In this document: piece after piece, positions 14,052 to 22,273 of the stretch
Position numbering within the stretch: the stretch's first letter is position 1
How the letters are laid out: every line of letters begins with the position of its first letter
Virus record (IMG/VR): IMGVR_UViG_3300044274_000136
Span: 1-40,095 of that record
Reading direction: 5' to 3' (one strand)
Origin: a virus
Length of the DNA: 40,095 nucleotides
The notes under the pieces: model-generated
The model's input: the letters and a program-made list of their open reading frames with translations, nothing else
Database searches by the model: none
Told to the model about the DNA's origin: nothing
Position numbers and translations under genes: made by a program

Positions 14052-15449
14052 ATGGCTGATGTCAATCTTGGTGTTAAGGTAGATGTTAGTAAATTGATAT
14101 TAGAGCCTTATCACCCTTTATGTGCTTATATGCTTACTAATGAATATTCTCATTATTTTGTAAAGGGTGGTAGGCAATCGGGCAAGACGGTATTTAGTGC
14201 GTTGATGTGTATCTTAAATTTATTTAAAGATCCCAATAGTAATGCTTTGTGTTTGCGTAATGATTTTGCACACTTAAGAAAGTCTGTATATAACGAGGTT
14301 AAAAAGGCTATATCATTTATCGATGAAATGCATTCTTCAAGTTTGGCAAAAATGATAGAGACTAGATTTAATGGTTATTCGGGAGAAATGGCAGAGCGAA
14401 AATATGATGAAGCTATACTTGAAAAGAGTTTTAAAAGTAAATTGCAACCTTTAGAGATAGTTTTTAAAGATACAGGTCAACTCATTACTTTTGCTGGAGC
14501 AAACGAACCTGAAAAGATCAAGGGTTTAACAACTGCTAATAAAAACAAGTATTATGGCTATATATGGTTTGATGAATTCCAAGAAGTTAATCAAGGTGTT
14601 GATAAAGCTATGAACATTAGAGCTACTTGTGAGAGGGGAAATGCTGAAAAAGTCATAAGTATTTATACTTATAACCCCCCGCCTAATCCTAAGCATTGGA
14701 TTAACCAAAACATCACAAAGAATTTTTATAACGCTAGGGAATGGCATAAAAACTACAACGATTTGCCCGAGGGTATAATATCAGAAGGTACTAAAAAACA
14801 AGCAGAGCATTTAAAAGCAGTTAATAACCCCAAATACAGAAATGTATGGCTAGGCGAGCCAGTAGGTACACCAGAGGGGCTGGTGTTCCATAATAAGTTT
14901 GAGGCTAAGGAGTTTGCAACACCGCCTACTAGTCAGATGTATAATGGTCAACCTTTTTTTGGTGCAGACTGGGGCTTTAATGATGCAACAACGCTGATCA
15001 AGTCATTTGCCATAGGGAATGATTTATATGTTAGTGATGAAATTTACTTGCAGGGCAACCTAGTGGAAGAAGTAGTGGAAGAATTTAAGCAGATGGACGG
15101 GCTTTTTGAAGGTGCAGGCATGTGGAATATCATTGCTGATAGCTCTAACCCTACCATGATAGCAGAATGTCTCAATAAAGGGTTAACTAATATAGACCCT
15201 GCTAAAAAAGGTAAGGATAGCGTAGTGGCTGGCATATCATACTTAAAGCTCTTTCATAAGATATACATACACCCTCGTTGCAAGAATACTATTGATGAAT
15301 TTAATAACTATCGATATGCTGAAGACAAAATAACGGGTAAGTATTTGCCTAAAATAAAAGACGGTGATGATCATTGCATTGATGCCCTAAGATATGCTTG
15401 GGAAGATATGATGCGAAGCGATGTACACCCCAGTGATTATGTACAGTAA
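14052..15449 (+). CDS. terL: Terminase large subunit
   Basis: Walker A VKGGRQSGKT, Walker B IWFDEFQE, nuclease motifs ADSSNP and GDDHCIDALRYA. Confidence 0.92.
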   Translation: MADVNLGVKVDVSKLILEPYHPLCAYMLTNEYSHYFVKGGRQSGKTVFSALMCILNLFKDPNSNALCLRNDFAHLRKSVYNEVKKAISFIDEMHSSSLAKMIETRFNGYSGEMAERKYDEAILEKSFKSKLQPLEIVFKDTGQLITFAGANEPEKIKGLTTANKNKYYGYIWFDEFQEVNQGVDKAMNIRATCERGNAEKVISIYTYNPPPNPKHWINQNITKNFYNAREWHKNYNDLPEGIISEGTKKQAEHLKAVNNPKYRNVWLGEPVGTPEGLVFHNKFEAKEFATPPTSQMYNGQPFFGADWGFNDATTLIKSFAIGNDLYVSDEIYLQGNLVEEVVEEFKQMDGLFEGAGMWNIIADSSNPTMIAECLNKGLTNIDPAKKGKDSVVAGISYLKLFHKIYIHPRCKNTIDEFNNYRYAEDKITGKYLPKIKDGDDHCIDALRYAWEDMMRSDVHPSDYVQ

Positions 15450-16734
15450 AATAGTTAATGCAATAAACGGCTTTAAGAACAGCAACTATCATCATGATAC
15501 AGGCACTCAATCTTATGCTACTAGCAACATAGATTATATATCTACTATTGCTAGCATGACGCCTAGCGATTTCATTACTTGTGACTACGAGGTGCTATCT
15601 AACTTAGAAATTGTTAACCCCATTGTAAAAAGATATGTTAACCAGCCAGTAGATGATGCGTTCAAAGATGGGTTTAAGGTTAGAACACCCTCTTTATCTG
15701 AAGGTCAGATTTCAACTCTCTACTCAGAGATGCAAAAAAGAGGTATTATCGAGCAAATCAAGGAAGCATGTAAGCTTAGTAGATTGTACGGTGGCTCTAT
15801 CTTAGTATTTGGTAGCTATGATCGCAAGAGCAACGATGCTAACAGAAAGCCTATATCTTTTAAAGACTGTGATTTGATCAAAGCTGTTAGTAGATGGGAT
15901 TTTTCAAGCGTTAACGATCATAATAAATTTGCGAACCTATCGACTATTACAATGAAGATAAACAACGCCACTAATTTATCTTACAATGGCGTATCGTTCC
16001 ACCCTTCTAGACTAGTGCCATTTGCTAGTAATTTACCAAAATCAAGGAAAGGTTATTCCATAACTCAAGGGTGGGGATTCTCCAGCTTAGAGCATATACG
16101 TGAGGGGTTAGTGCTTTACAAAAAGCAAGAGCAAGCTTTTTTAGACTTTATCACCAAAGCTAAGATAGATAAGCTTAAAATTGCCGACCTTTCTAAAATA
16201 CGTAAGCAACCCAATGCTAACCAGCTAATTGGTGAGATGTTAAATCGCATAGCAACGCAACGCAATGCCAGCAGTGTTATGCTATTAGATAAAGATGATG
16301 AATTTGTAACTGATACGCTAGACTTTGCAGGTATAAGCCAAGCACAAGCAGATATGCGAAAAATGCTTTATATGACAACTGGTATCCCAGCAGAAAAGCT
16401 AGCAGGTAACCAAGAAGGCGGCAGTGGCTTAGGGGGAACACAAGACCAACTAGAGGTATACAACGCCCTAGTAAATGGTGAAGTCAGAGAGGCAGCCAAG
16501 CCCTCTATGATGCAATGTACAAACATAGTGGCAAAGTTCCTCTTTGATATCGATTATCTCGATGATTTACAGATAGAATTTCCATCTATGAGAGAAAGCA
16601 CAGATGCTGAAATGGAAGCCAACAAAACAGCACATCTCGATAGGTTAACAAAAACCCTTAATGATGGCATAATAGATGAAGATCAATATACAGAAGCGGT
16701 GAATAACCATGACCTTTTAGGCATAACGTTATAG
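15421..16734 (+). CDS. Portal protein (DUF1073-type); start 15421 or 15439
   Basis: Follows terL with an overlap; size 437 aa; RLYGGSILVFG and GIPAEKLAGNQEGG motifs resemble DUF1073 portals. Confidence 0.75.
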   Translation: MYTPVIMYSKIVNAINGFKNSNYHHDTGTQSYATSNIDYISTIASMTPSDFITCDYEVLSNLEIVNPIVKRYVNQPVDDAFKDGFKVRTPSLSEGQISTLYSEMQKRGIIEQIKEACKLSRLYGGSILVFGSYDRKSNDANRKPISFKDCDLIKAVSRWDFSSVNDHNKFANLSTITMKINNATNLSYNGVSFHPSRLVPFASNLPKSRKGYSITQGWGFSSLEHIREGLVLYKKQEQAFLDFITKAKIDKLKIADLSKIRKQPNANQLIGEMLNRIATQRNASSVMLLDKDDEFVTDTLDFAGISQAQADMRKMLYMTTGIPAEKLAGNQEGGSGLGGTQDQLEVYNALVNGEVREAAKPSMMQCTNIVAKFLFDIDYLDDLQIEFPSMRESTDAEMEANKTAHLDRLTKTLNDGIIDEDQYTEAVNNHDLLGITL

Positions 16735-16749
16735 TAGTATATTTCCTTA

Positions 16750-16778
16750 TTGACAAGCAAGTCTTGCTATGTTAGGTT
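16750..16778 (+). promoter_or_regulatory. Cassette c: TTGACA-17-TAGGTT with palindrome AGCAAG-T-CTTGCT
   Basis: Identical over the 32 nt cttattgacaagcaagtcttgctatgttaggt to cassette b; lies 16 nt after the portal stop. Confidence 0.6.
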
Positions 16779-16804
16779 AAAGTTAACAAATAATAGGAAA
16801 ATAT

Positions 16805-17203
16805 ATGACTGAAGACATACTAAAATACAAAATGGAAGACGGTCTAAAGATCATCTTAAAAGATGGTAAAGGTTCGTATCTTAGCTCTAGCGCTGAATAT
16901 TACGACCCAGTATATAAATATTATAAACGTAACTCATTGTTAGTCATTGAAGGACAAGGACTCTATAAGTATACACATGAATTATCAGACGTAGAGGCGA
17001 TAATAGAGTACAAATTAATTACAACAATGATTTCTGAGACGGGAAAGGAGTTTCGTTATTTTCGTGCATTTAAAGACAAAAAACATATTGATAGCAATGA
17101 TGATAATGAAATTTGCTTTAATGAAATAGAGGCAAAGATAAAAGAAATTAAAGAGGAATATGAAGAGATGTCGTCTTATGCAAAACAAGTAACTAACACT
17201 TGA
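16805..17203 (+). CDS. Hypothetical protein (island gene 1)
   Basis: ORF behind cassette c. It begins ATGACTGAA like TPR-2, TPR-3 and erf. Its TGA stop lies inside the TTGACA of cassette d. Confidence 0.6.
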   Translation: MTEDILKYKMEDGLKIILKDGKGSYLSSSAEYYDPVYKYYKRNSLLVIEGQGLYKYTHELSDVEAIIEYKLITTMISETGKEFRYFRAFKDKKHIDSNDDNEICFNEIEAKIKEIKEEYEEMSSYAKQVTNT

Positions 17204-17228
17204 CAAGTAAATCTTGCAATGTTATAGT
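17200..17228 (+). promoter_or_regulatory. Cassette d: TTGACA-17-TATAGT
   Basis: ttgacaagtaaatcttgcaatgttatagt followed by the leader taagtaacaaaaaataaggatatatt and ATG 17255. Confidence 0.6.
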
Positions 17229-17254
17229 TAAGTAACAAAAAATAAGGATATATT

Positions 17255-17872
17255 ATGACGACAGAGCAAAACATCATTCAAGATATCATAAATAAATATA
17301 GGGATTTAATTAATTTAACTCCTAACTTTGAGAAACATTACAGTTATCCAAAAATTACGGATTTAGTAAAGGGAAACTATGGTTTTTATTATACAGAGAT
17401 AGGGAAAGCTTATAACCTTTGGAGGGAGAAAGAAAAAGCCATTGAATGCCACAAGAAAGCAGTTGAGTTAAGCCCTAGCACAACGTCTTATTACTGGCTT
17501 GCTGAGGCATACAATACAAGTGATGATTTAGATAAAAAAATAGCAGCTTATAAAAAAGCAATTGAGTTAGATACAAGGGAGAGAGACTCTTTAGAAGCGT
17601 TAGAAAGTTTAGCATTAGTTTATTTCATGACTGATAAACATAATGAGGCATTAGCTAGTTATGAAAAACTCCTTGAAAAAGAATGGCTTTTTAGTGCAAA
17701 ACATAAGGCAAAGCTGTTTTACATGCTTGCAGTGTGTTATGAAGATGTCGAAAGATACGAAGATGCAAAAGAAGCCTATACTAAAAGCTATCAAATTGAT
17801 CCCGACTTAGTAAAGCAACGTGATGTATTGGCACGGCTTGCAAATAGTGTAGATTGGCAGACAGGGAATTAA
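17255..17872 (+). CDS. TPR-repeat protein (TPR-4)
   Basis: AIECHKKAVELSPSTTSYYWLAEAY, KIAAYKKAIELD and YEDAKEAYTKSYQIDPD repeats. Confidence 0.8.
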   Translation: MTTEQNIIQDIINKYRDLINLTPNFEKHYSYPKITDLVKGNYGFYYTEIGKAYNLWREKEKAIECHKKAVELSPSTTSYYWLAEAYNTSDDLDKKIAAYKKAIELDTRERDSLEALESLALVYFMTDKHNEALASYEKLLEKEWLFSAKHKAKLFYMLAVCYEDVERYEDAKEAYTKSYQIDPDLVKQRDVLARLANSVDWQTGN

Positions 17873-17895
17873 AACAGGTGCATTACGATCAATAC

Positions 17896-18159
17896 ATGTC
17901 ATTTTTTAGGAAAAGGCGATACGATGCACAGATAAAGCAGATAAAAAAGGATTTAAAAGTATCTGAAATTTCTTTTGAGAAGGAACGGCTAGAGCTTGAA
18001 GAGATAGAGAGGAAAATAGGGGTTAAAGCTAAAGACTTGCCTAGCATCATTGCTGATGAGATTACGTGGGAGGGTGGTATTGTTACCTATAGAAAGGGTG
18101 ATATGTATTACTCTCAAAAGATTAATTTAGCAGATAAGCAAGTAAGGTATAGGAGGTAG
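17896..18159 (+). CDS. Hypothetical coiled-coil protein (start uncertain: TTG 17854, GTG 17878 or ATG 17896)
   Basis: ORF 17854-18159; first ATG at 17896. Confidence 0.45.
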   Translation: MSFFRKRRYDAQIKQIKKDLKVSEISFEKERLELEEIERKIGVKAKDLPSIIADEITWEGGIVTYRKGDMYYSQKINLADKQVRYRR

Positions 18160-18162
18160 TAT

Positions 18163-18303
18163 ATGGCAAAGCCAGATAAAGTGGAGAACTTTCTAAATGG
18201 TGTACGTTATTGGCTACTAGGTATAACGTGTCTGCTTATAGGAACGTTTACAGCGTTAGCATTATTCTTAATATGTTATGATATGATGGGGTATTTAGTA
18301 TGA
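18163..18303 (+). CDS. Small membrane protein, 46 aa (below the track cutoff)
   Basis: MAKPDKVENFLNGVRYWLLGITCLLIGTFTALALFLICYDMMGYLV; strong SD AGGAGG 7 nt upstream. Confidence 0.55.
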   Translation: MAKPDKVENFLNGVRYWLLGITCLLIGTFTALALFLICYDMMGYLV

Positions 18304-18467
18304 GTAAGATTGATTCTGATAAATTTGTTTTTTTTATAATAAATATTTGTTTAATAGCTATGGGTATTGTTATTAGTACTTTGTTACTTTCTATCTCCGT
18401 TTTTCTTATTGATGGTGTAATAGACATTATATGGGATAAACCTTGTGTTTGTGAGGGGGGTGGGTAA
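18300..18467 (+). CDS. Small membrane protein, 55 aa (below the track cutoff)
   Basis: MSKIDSDKFVFFIINICLIAMGIVISTLLLSISVFLIDGVIDIIWDKPCVCEGGG. ATGA overlap upstream and TAATG overlap downstream. Confidence 0.45.
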   Translation: MSKIDSDKFVFFIINICLIAMGIVISTLLLSISVFLIDGVIDIIWDKPCVCEGGG

Positions 18468-18787
18468 TGACTAAAAAAACATTACACCCTAATTGGCAGC
18501 CAATAAATACCGCCCCAAAAAATCGCAGGTTTCTTGTGTATGCTAAGGTGGGTATTATTTATATACCTACATTTAGTTTTATTGATGGTAACAAATATGA
18601 AGATGGTTGCGAAGAGGTAAAATTTGGTGGCATAAAAGATTGTGAGTGGCTGGAAGATCGCTTTTACTGTGATGGTTTTGAGTTTTGCGATAAAGGTTAT
18701 TTGTTTAATGAAGATGAAAGAATCGCTACAGAAACACACTTAATCGGTTGGTTTGATTATAACGAAATTCAGGTTCCTAATGACTAA
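18467..18787 (+). CDS. Hypothetical protein with WxPIxTAPK N-terminal motif
   Basis: HPNWQPINTAPKNRRFLVYAK resembles a motif common in small proteobacterial phage proteins (DUF551-like). Confidence 0.55.
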   Translation: MTKKTLHPNWQPINTAPKNRRFLVYAKVGIIYIPTFSFIDGNKYEDGCEEVKFGGIKDCEWLEDRFYCDGFEFCDKGYLFNEDERIATETHLIGWFDYNEIQVPND

Positions 18788-19307
18788 ACAAAAACTCGCT
18801 AAATTAGAAGATATACAACAAGCAATTCTTGCCCATAATTCAGAATGGAAGGTTCTGGTTGACATAAAAGATATAGGTTTATGTCGTGTAGATTATCTAT
18901 TCTTATGTGGAAACGGACTTATTCAGATGCAATATAGATCATCAAAAGACAATCACTTTACTACAAAGCAAGTTGATTTCAAGGACTTGTATATCGGTGA
19001 AGAAAATCACCCAGACTTTTACCTTCATTCTGAACACAATGAAGAACTAGAGCCGAAAATTGATGATTTTGTTTATGGTAGTTTTTTGGAACATAATTCT
19101 ACTTACGAGGAAGATTTAAAAATTCTTTTAAATACAACCTCTCATGCAATATCTTTTAACCAGCAGAGCGACCCCGTCTCTTTGGTTCATTTTAAGCAAC
19201 TGGAAGCAGAAACACAGATTTATTATTTAAAAACGTGTTATCGTATTATTTATCGTGAAAACGTTGCATACTTTCCGCAATTTGAATGGGTAACATATCA
19301 TGACTAA
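18780..19307 (+). CDS. Hypothetical protein
   Basis: Start moved to ATG 18780 (8-nt overlap with the previous gene). Confidence 0.55.
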   Translation: MTKQKLAKLEDIQQAILAHNSEWKVLVDIKDIGLCRVDYLFLCGNGLIQMQYRSSKDNHFTTKQVDFKDLYIGEENHPDFYLHSEHNEELEPKIDDFVYGSFLEHNSTYEEDLKILLNTTSHAISFNQQSDPVSLVHFKQLEAETQIYYLKTCYRIIYRENVAYFPQFEWVTYHD

Positions 19308-19569
19308 TGAACAACTGTTTGATTTTTTTACTGGATTAAGCCAGCTACATAAACTTGACGCAGAACAATTAAATGATTTATTGCTAGTGCTTGATGATGT
19401 TTCAAAAGACATGAACAACACTGCTAAAGATTGGCGGGATTGTAAAGTGCCTTATGTTACGGAAAATAACCATAGCTTGCATGAGATGCAACTTTATGAG
19501 TTAAAACTTAAAATACATTCGGAATTAAAAGAAAAAGTAAAGGAACTATTAGAGTATGGCAATAAATAG
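19300..19569 (+). CDS. Hypothetical protein
   Basis: ORF with overlapping start and stop codons in an operon-like array. Confidence 0.55.
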   Translation: MTNEQLFDFFTGLSQLHKLDAEQLNDLLLVLDDVSKDMNNTAKDWRDCKVPYVTENNHSLHEMQLYELKLKIHSELKEKVKELLEYGNK

Positions 19570-19840
19570 ACATAATGGGTCTTATGGTAATGTAAAGCCT
19601 AAACCTTTTAGGCAATATCTTAAGGAATGGTTTTGTAAACATGATTTAAAGCTTGTTGGTCATAGAAAGGGGTTAAGCTATAGTAGAGAACGATATCCTG
19701 CTTGTGTACGTTTACATAATGGTGATATTGCTTGCTGGCATGATCATAATCAAATTGAGATTTATGAATGCTCTAAGTGTGGTGCTAAGGTTGAAAAGGT
19801 GGTCAGTAAAGAAACTAAGGTTTCTATATTATCTAGTTAA
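19556..19840 (+). CDS. Hypothetical Cys/His-rich protein
   Basis: CKH..C..H..C.H.H...CSKCG pattern suggests a small zinc-binding protein. Confidence 0.5.
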   Translation: MAINRHNGSYGNVKPKPFRQYLKEWFCKHDLKLVGHRKGLSYSRERYPACVRLHNGDIACWHDHNQIEIYECSKCGAKVEKVVSKETKVSILSS

Positions 19841-19846
19841 TGTATG

Positions 19847-19874
19847 TTTACAAGTTAAGCTTATGCTGTAAAAT
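19847..19874 (+). promoter_or_regulatory. Degenerate cassette-like promoter (TTTACA-16-TAAAAT) ending 6 nt before ATG 19881
   Basis: tttacaagttaag matches cassette e ttgacaagttaag; there is no SD between the -10 and the ATG. Confidence 0.4.
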
Positions 19875-19880
19875 CTAGTC

Positions 19881-20852
19881 ATGAAACTAGGTGACAAGAT
19901 CAAGATCACAAAGGCTATGCACGCTAAGCAGGCTGATGAGATTAAGGCTATTTTATATGATCAGATATTTAGACCTATCATAGACATTAGCGAGTTCACA
20001 GATCGGGATTTGTTTAATGATAATGATGATTTATTGCGTGCGTTACGTGCAGGTGAGATTATATATAAAGATGGTGCTTTTAGGGGTAAATTTAGTGCAT
20101 CGATTACAAAGGCATTGCGTAAGATAGGGGCAGAGTATGGCAGAGTGGCAGGACAGCCAGTTTATAAGCTAAAGGATATCAGCAGTACTGATTTATCAGC
20201 GTATAGGTCAGCTATACTGGTAGGCACTGCAAACGCTGAAAGGTTGCTAACTAATGTTGAGGGGTATTTAGAAGCGTTAAGTTTTGATACGTCTAACTTT
20301 GATGTATCACCAAGCAGTACGATTGATCAGTTGAACAAGAAGATATCCAAATCACTAAATAAGATGGGTATAGAGGCAACATCGACTACCGATATTGAGG
20401 AGCAGTTAACTAAGAGATATATCGAGAATGTTAATCTTAGTATCAAGAAAGCATCTAATGATACTGTGATTAAGTTGCGTAAAAAGATAGCAGAGCGAGG
20501 GCTAGATGGCACTAGGGCTGAAAGCTTCGTGGATATGATTAGGAAGGAACTAAAAGCTAGTGAGAAGCGAGCGGCTTTTATAGCACGTCAAGAGACTGGG
20601 TTACTAGTTAGTAAGTATAAAGAGGAAAACTATAAGCGAGTAGGCATAAGGCGTTATGTGTGGGATACAACGGGTAATAATAGGGTAAGGGAAGATCATG
20701 AGAGTTTAGATGGTCAGATATTTAGTTGGGATAACCCACCAATTAGCAATCAGAGTGAAGTTGCGAGGGGGTTACCTGCTAGGTATAATCACCCGGGCGA
20801 AGACTTCCGTTGTTTTTGTGTAGCAAGACCACTTGTTGATGAAAGTAGTTGA
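19881..20852 (+). CDS. Head morphogenesis protein (Mu F / SPP1 gp7 family)
   Basis: ARQETGLLVSKY..YVWDTTGNNRVREDHESLDGQIFSWDNPP is the family signature. Confidence 0.85.
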   Translation: MKLGDKIKITKAMHAKQADEIKAILYDQIFRPIIDISEFTDRDLFNDNDDLLRALRAGEIIYKDGAFRGKFSASITKALRKIGAEYGRVAGQPVYKLKDISSTDLSAYRSAILVGTANAERLLTNVEGYLEALSFDTSNFDVSPSSTIDQLNKKISKSLNKMGIEATSTTDIEEQLTKRYIENVNLSIKKASNDTVIKLRKKIAERGLDGTRAESFVDMIRKELKASEKRAAFIARQETGLLVSKYKEENYKRVGIRRYVWDTTGNNRVREDHESLDGQIFSWDNPPISNQSEVARGLPARYNHPGEDFRCFCVARPLVDESS

Positions 20853-20882
20853 CAGATCGTAAACATTTAGGATAATTGCGAT

Positions 20883-21800
20883 ATGAAAATAACAAACGCT
20901 AACGAGCGTGCAAAGGTTTACTACTGTAAGCATATGACAGCAGGCTTAACAGGGTATGCTAACAATCCTGCTGTTAAAGGTAATGTGCTTGTAACTAGCG
21001 AGGTCATGCAAAAAATGGCTCCTTCGCTTGTGGGAGTACCTATTTATGTTGGTCATGTTGATGATAACAGCACTCAAAAAGAGGTAGGGCGGATTGCAGA
21101 CAGCAAATATTGTAGTGGCGATGGTTATTTACATGCTAAGATGTTAATTTGTGATGATGAAGCAGATAGGCTTATTAATCAAGGCTGGTCAGTAAGTAAT
21201 GGATATACTCCTACTAACAAAGCAGGTAGTGGCACTCATAACTCTATTGTTTACGAACAAGAAGTATTAGATGGTAGCTTTTTTCATATGGCATTAACGC
21301 AAAACCCTCGCTATGAAAAGGCAAAGATTTTTACTGAAGATGAATATTTAGCTTACAAGAAGCAATTAGATGAAAAAATGCTAAATTCTAAAGGTGAAAA
21401 GGTATTGCCAGAGGGTGAAGGTCAAGATAAAATATCTGATAATAACTCTGAAAGTGAGCATATGACTGAAGAAACAATAAAAAATGATGTCGACAAGGTG
21501 GAAAAAAAAGAGCCTGAAGACAAAAAAGAGAACGAGGCAAAAGAGCCTGAAAAAAAGAAGCCAGATTTCATGAATGAAAAGGTTACTGTTAATGATCAAG
21601 AAATGACGGTCAAGGAACTTGTTAATGCCTATTCAGCATTCTTGAAAAAATCTAAAAAAGACAAAAAAGAGAATGAAAAAAAAGATAAGCTTACTAACGA
21701 GGTGAGCGATGGTGCAGATTGGCATTCTCAAGGATTTATAAACAATAACGATCGACCAGAAGCGGTTGATTTTAATAAAATTGGAAACGAGAGGTTTTAA
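20883..21800 (+). CDS. Scaffold / prohead-protease-like protein (DUF2213-like) with Lys/Glu-rich C-terminal half
   Basis: Position between the MuF-like and capsid genes; low-complexity KKEPEDKKENEAKEPEKKK region. Confidence 0.55.
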   Translation: MKITNANERAKVYYCKHMTAGLTGYANNPAVKGNVLVTSEVMQKMAPSLVGVPIYVGHVDDNSTQKEVGRIADSKYCSGDGYLHAKMLICDDEADRLINQGWSVSNGYTPTNKAGSGTHNSIVYEQEVLDGSFFHMALTQNPRYEKAKIFTEDEYLAYKKQLDEKMLNSKGEKVLPEGEGQDKISDNNSESEHMTEETIKNDVDKVEKKEPEDKKENEAKEPEKKKPDFMNEKVTVNDQEMTVKELVNAYSAFLKKSKKDKKENEKKDKLTNEVSDGADWHSQGFINNNDRPEAVDFNKIGNERF

Positions 21801-21802
21801 CA

Positions 21803-22270
21803 ATGACAGCATTTACACAAAATAGATTTGATTCTTATGCAGATCATGCAAAAGGAGCTTTAAGCAAAGGGCAAAATGTTTTACAAATACCCGTTATAAT
21901 TGGTGCTAACGGCACTTATAAAGCAGGGCAATTTGTAAAAGCAACTGGCGTAAAAAATGGCAAGGTGGTTGTTGCACCAATTGCAAGTGCTAGTGATGTT
22001 GCTTTTGGTGTTTTATCTAATAACATTGGGCGTGATGAAGATGTTGCACTTGCTGTTGATGATTTAATAGAGGTTGTAGATCTGTTGGATAGTGAGACTA
22101 TAATTGTTGAGGCAGGCGGTGCAATTGCTATCAATGTTGGTGTTGAAGTAAGTGCTAACGGTGAAAAAGTTGTTACAACTGGTGGAACTAACAAAGTGGT
22201 TGGTTTTACTCGTGAAATTGCTGGTGCTGATGGTGACCTTATTGAAATAAGATTATTTAAGGAGATATAG
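21803..22270 (+). CDS. Head decoration-like protein (DUF2190-like)
   Basis: Position just upstream of the major capsid gene; the ending VVGFTREIAGADGDLIEIRL is typical of the family. Confidence 0.5.
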   Translation: MTAFTQNRFDSYADHAKGALSKGQNVLQIPVIIGANGTYKAGQFVKATGVKNGKVVVAPIASASDVAFGVLSNNIGRDEDVALAVDDLIEVVDLLDSETIIVEAGGAIAINVGVEVSANGEKVVTTGGTNKVVGFTREIAGADGDLIEIRLFKEI

Positions 22271-22273
22271 AAA

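Noticed and set aside
15421-16734. Anti-CBASS (Acb1-type) function, because DUF1073 family names mention it
   Set aside because: The position after terL, the size and the motifs fit a portal protein. No phosphodiesterase-like motif is evident.
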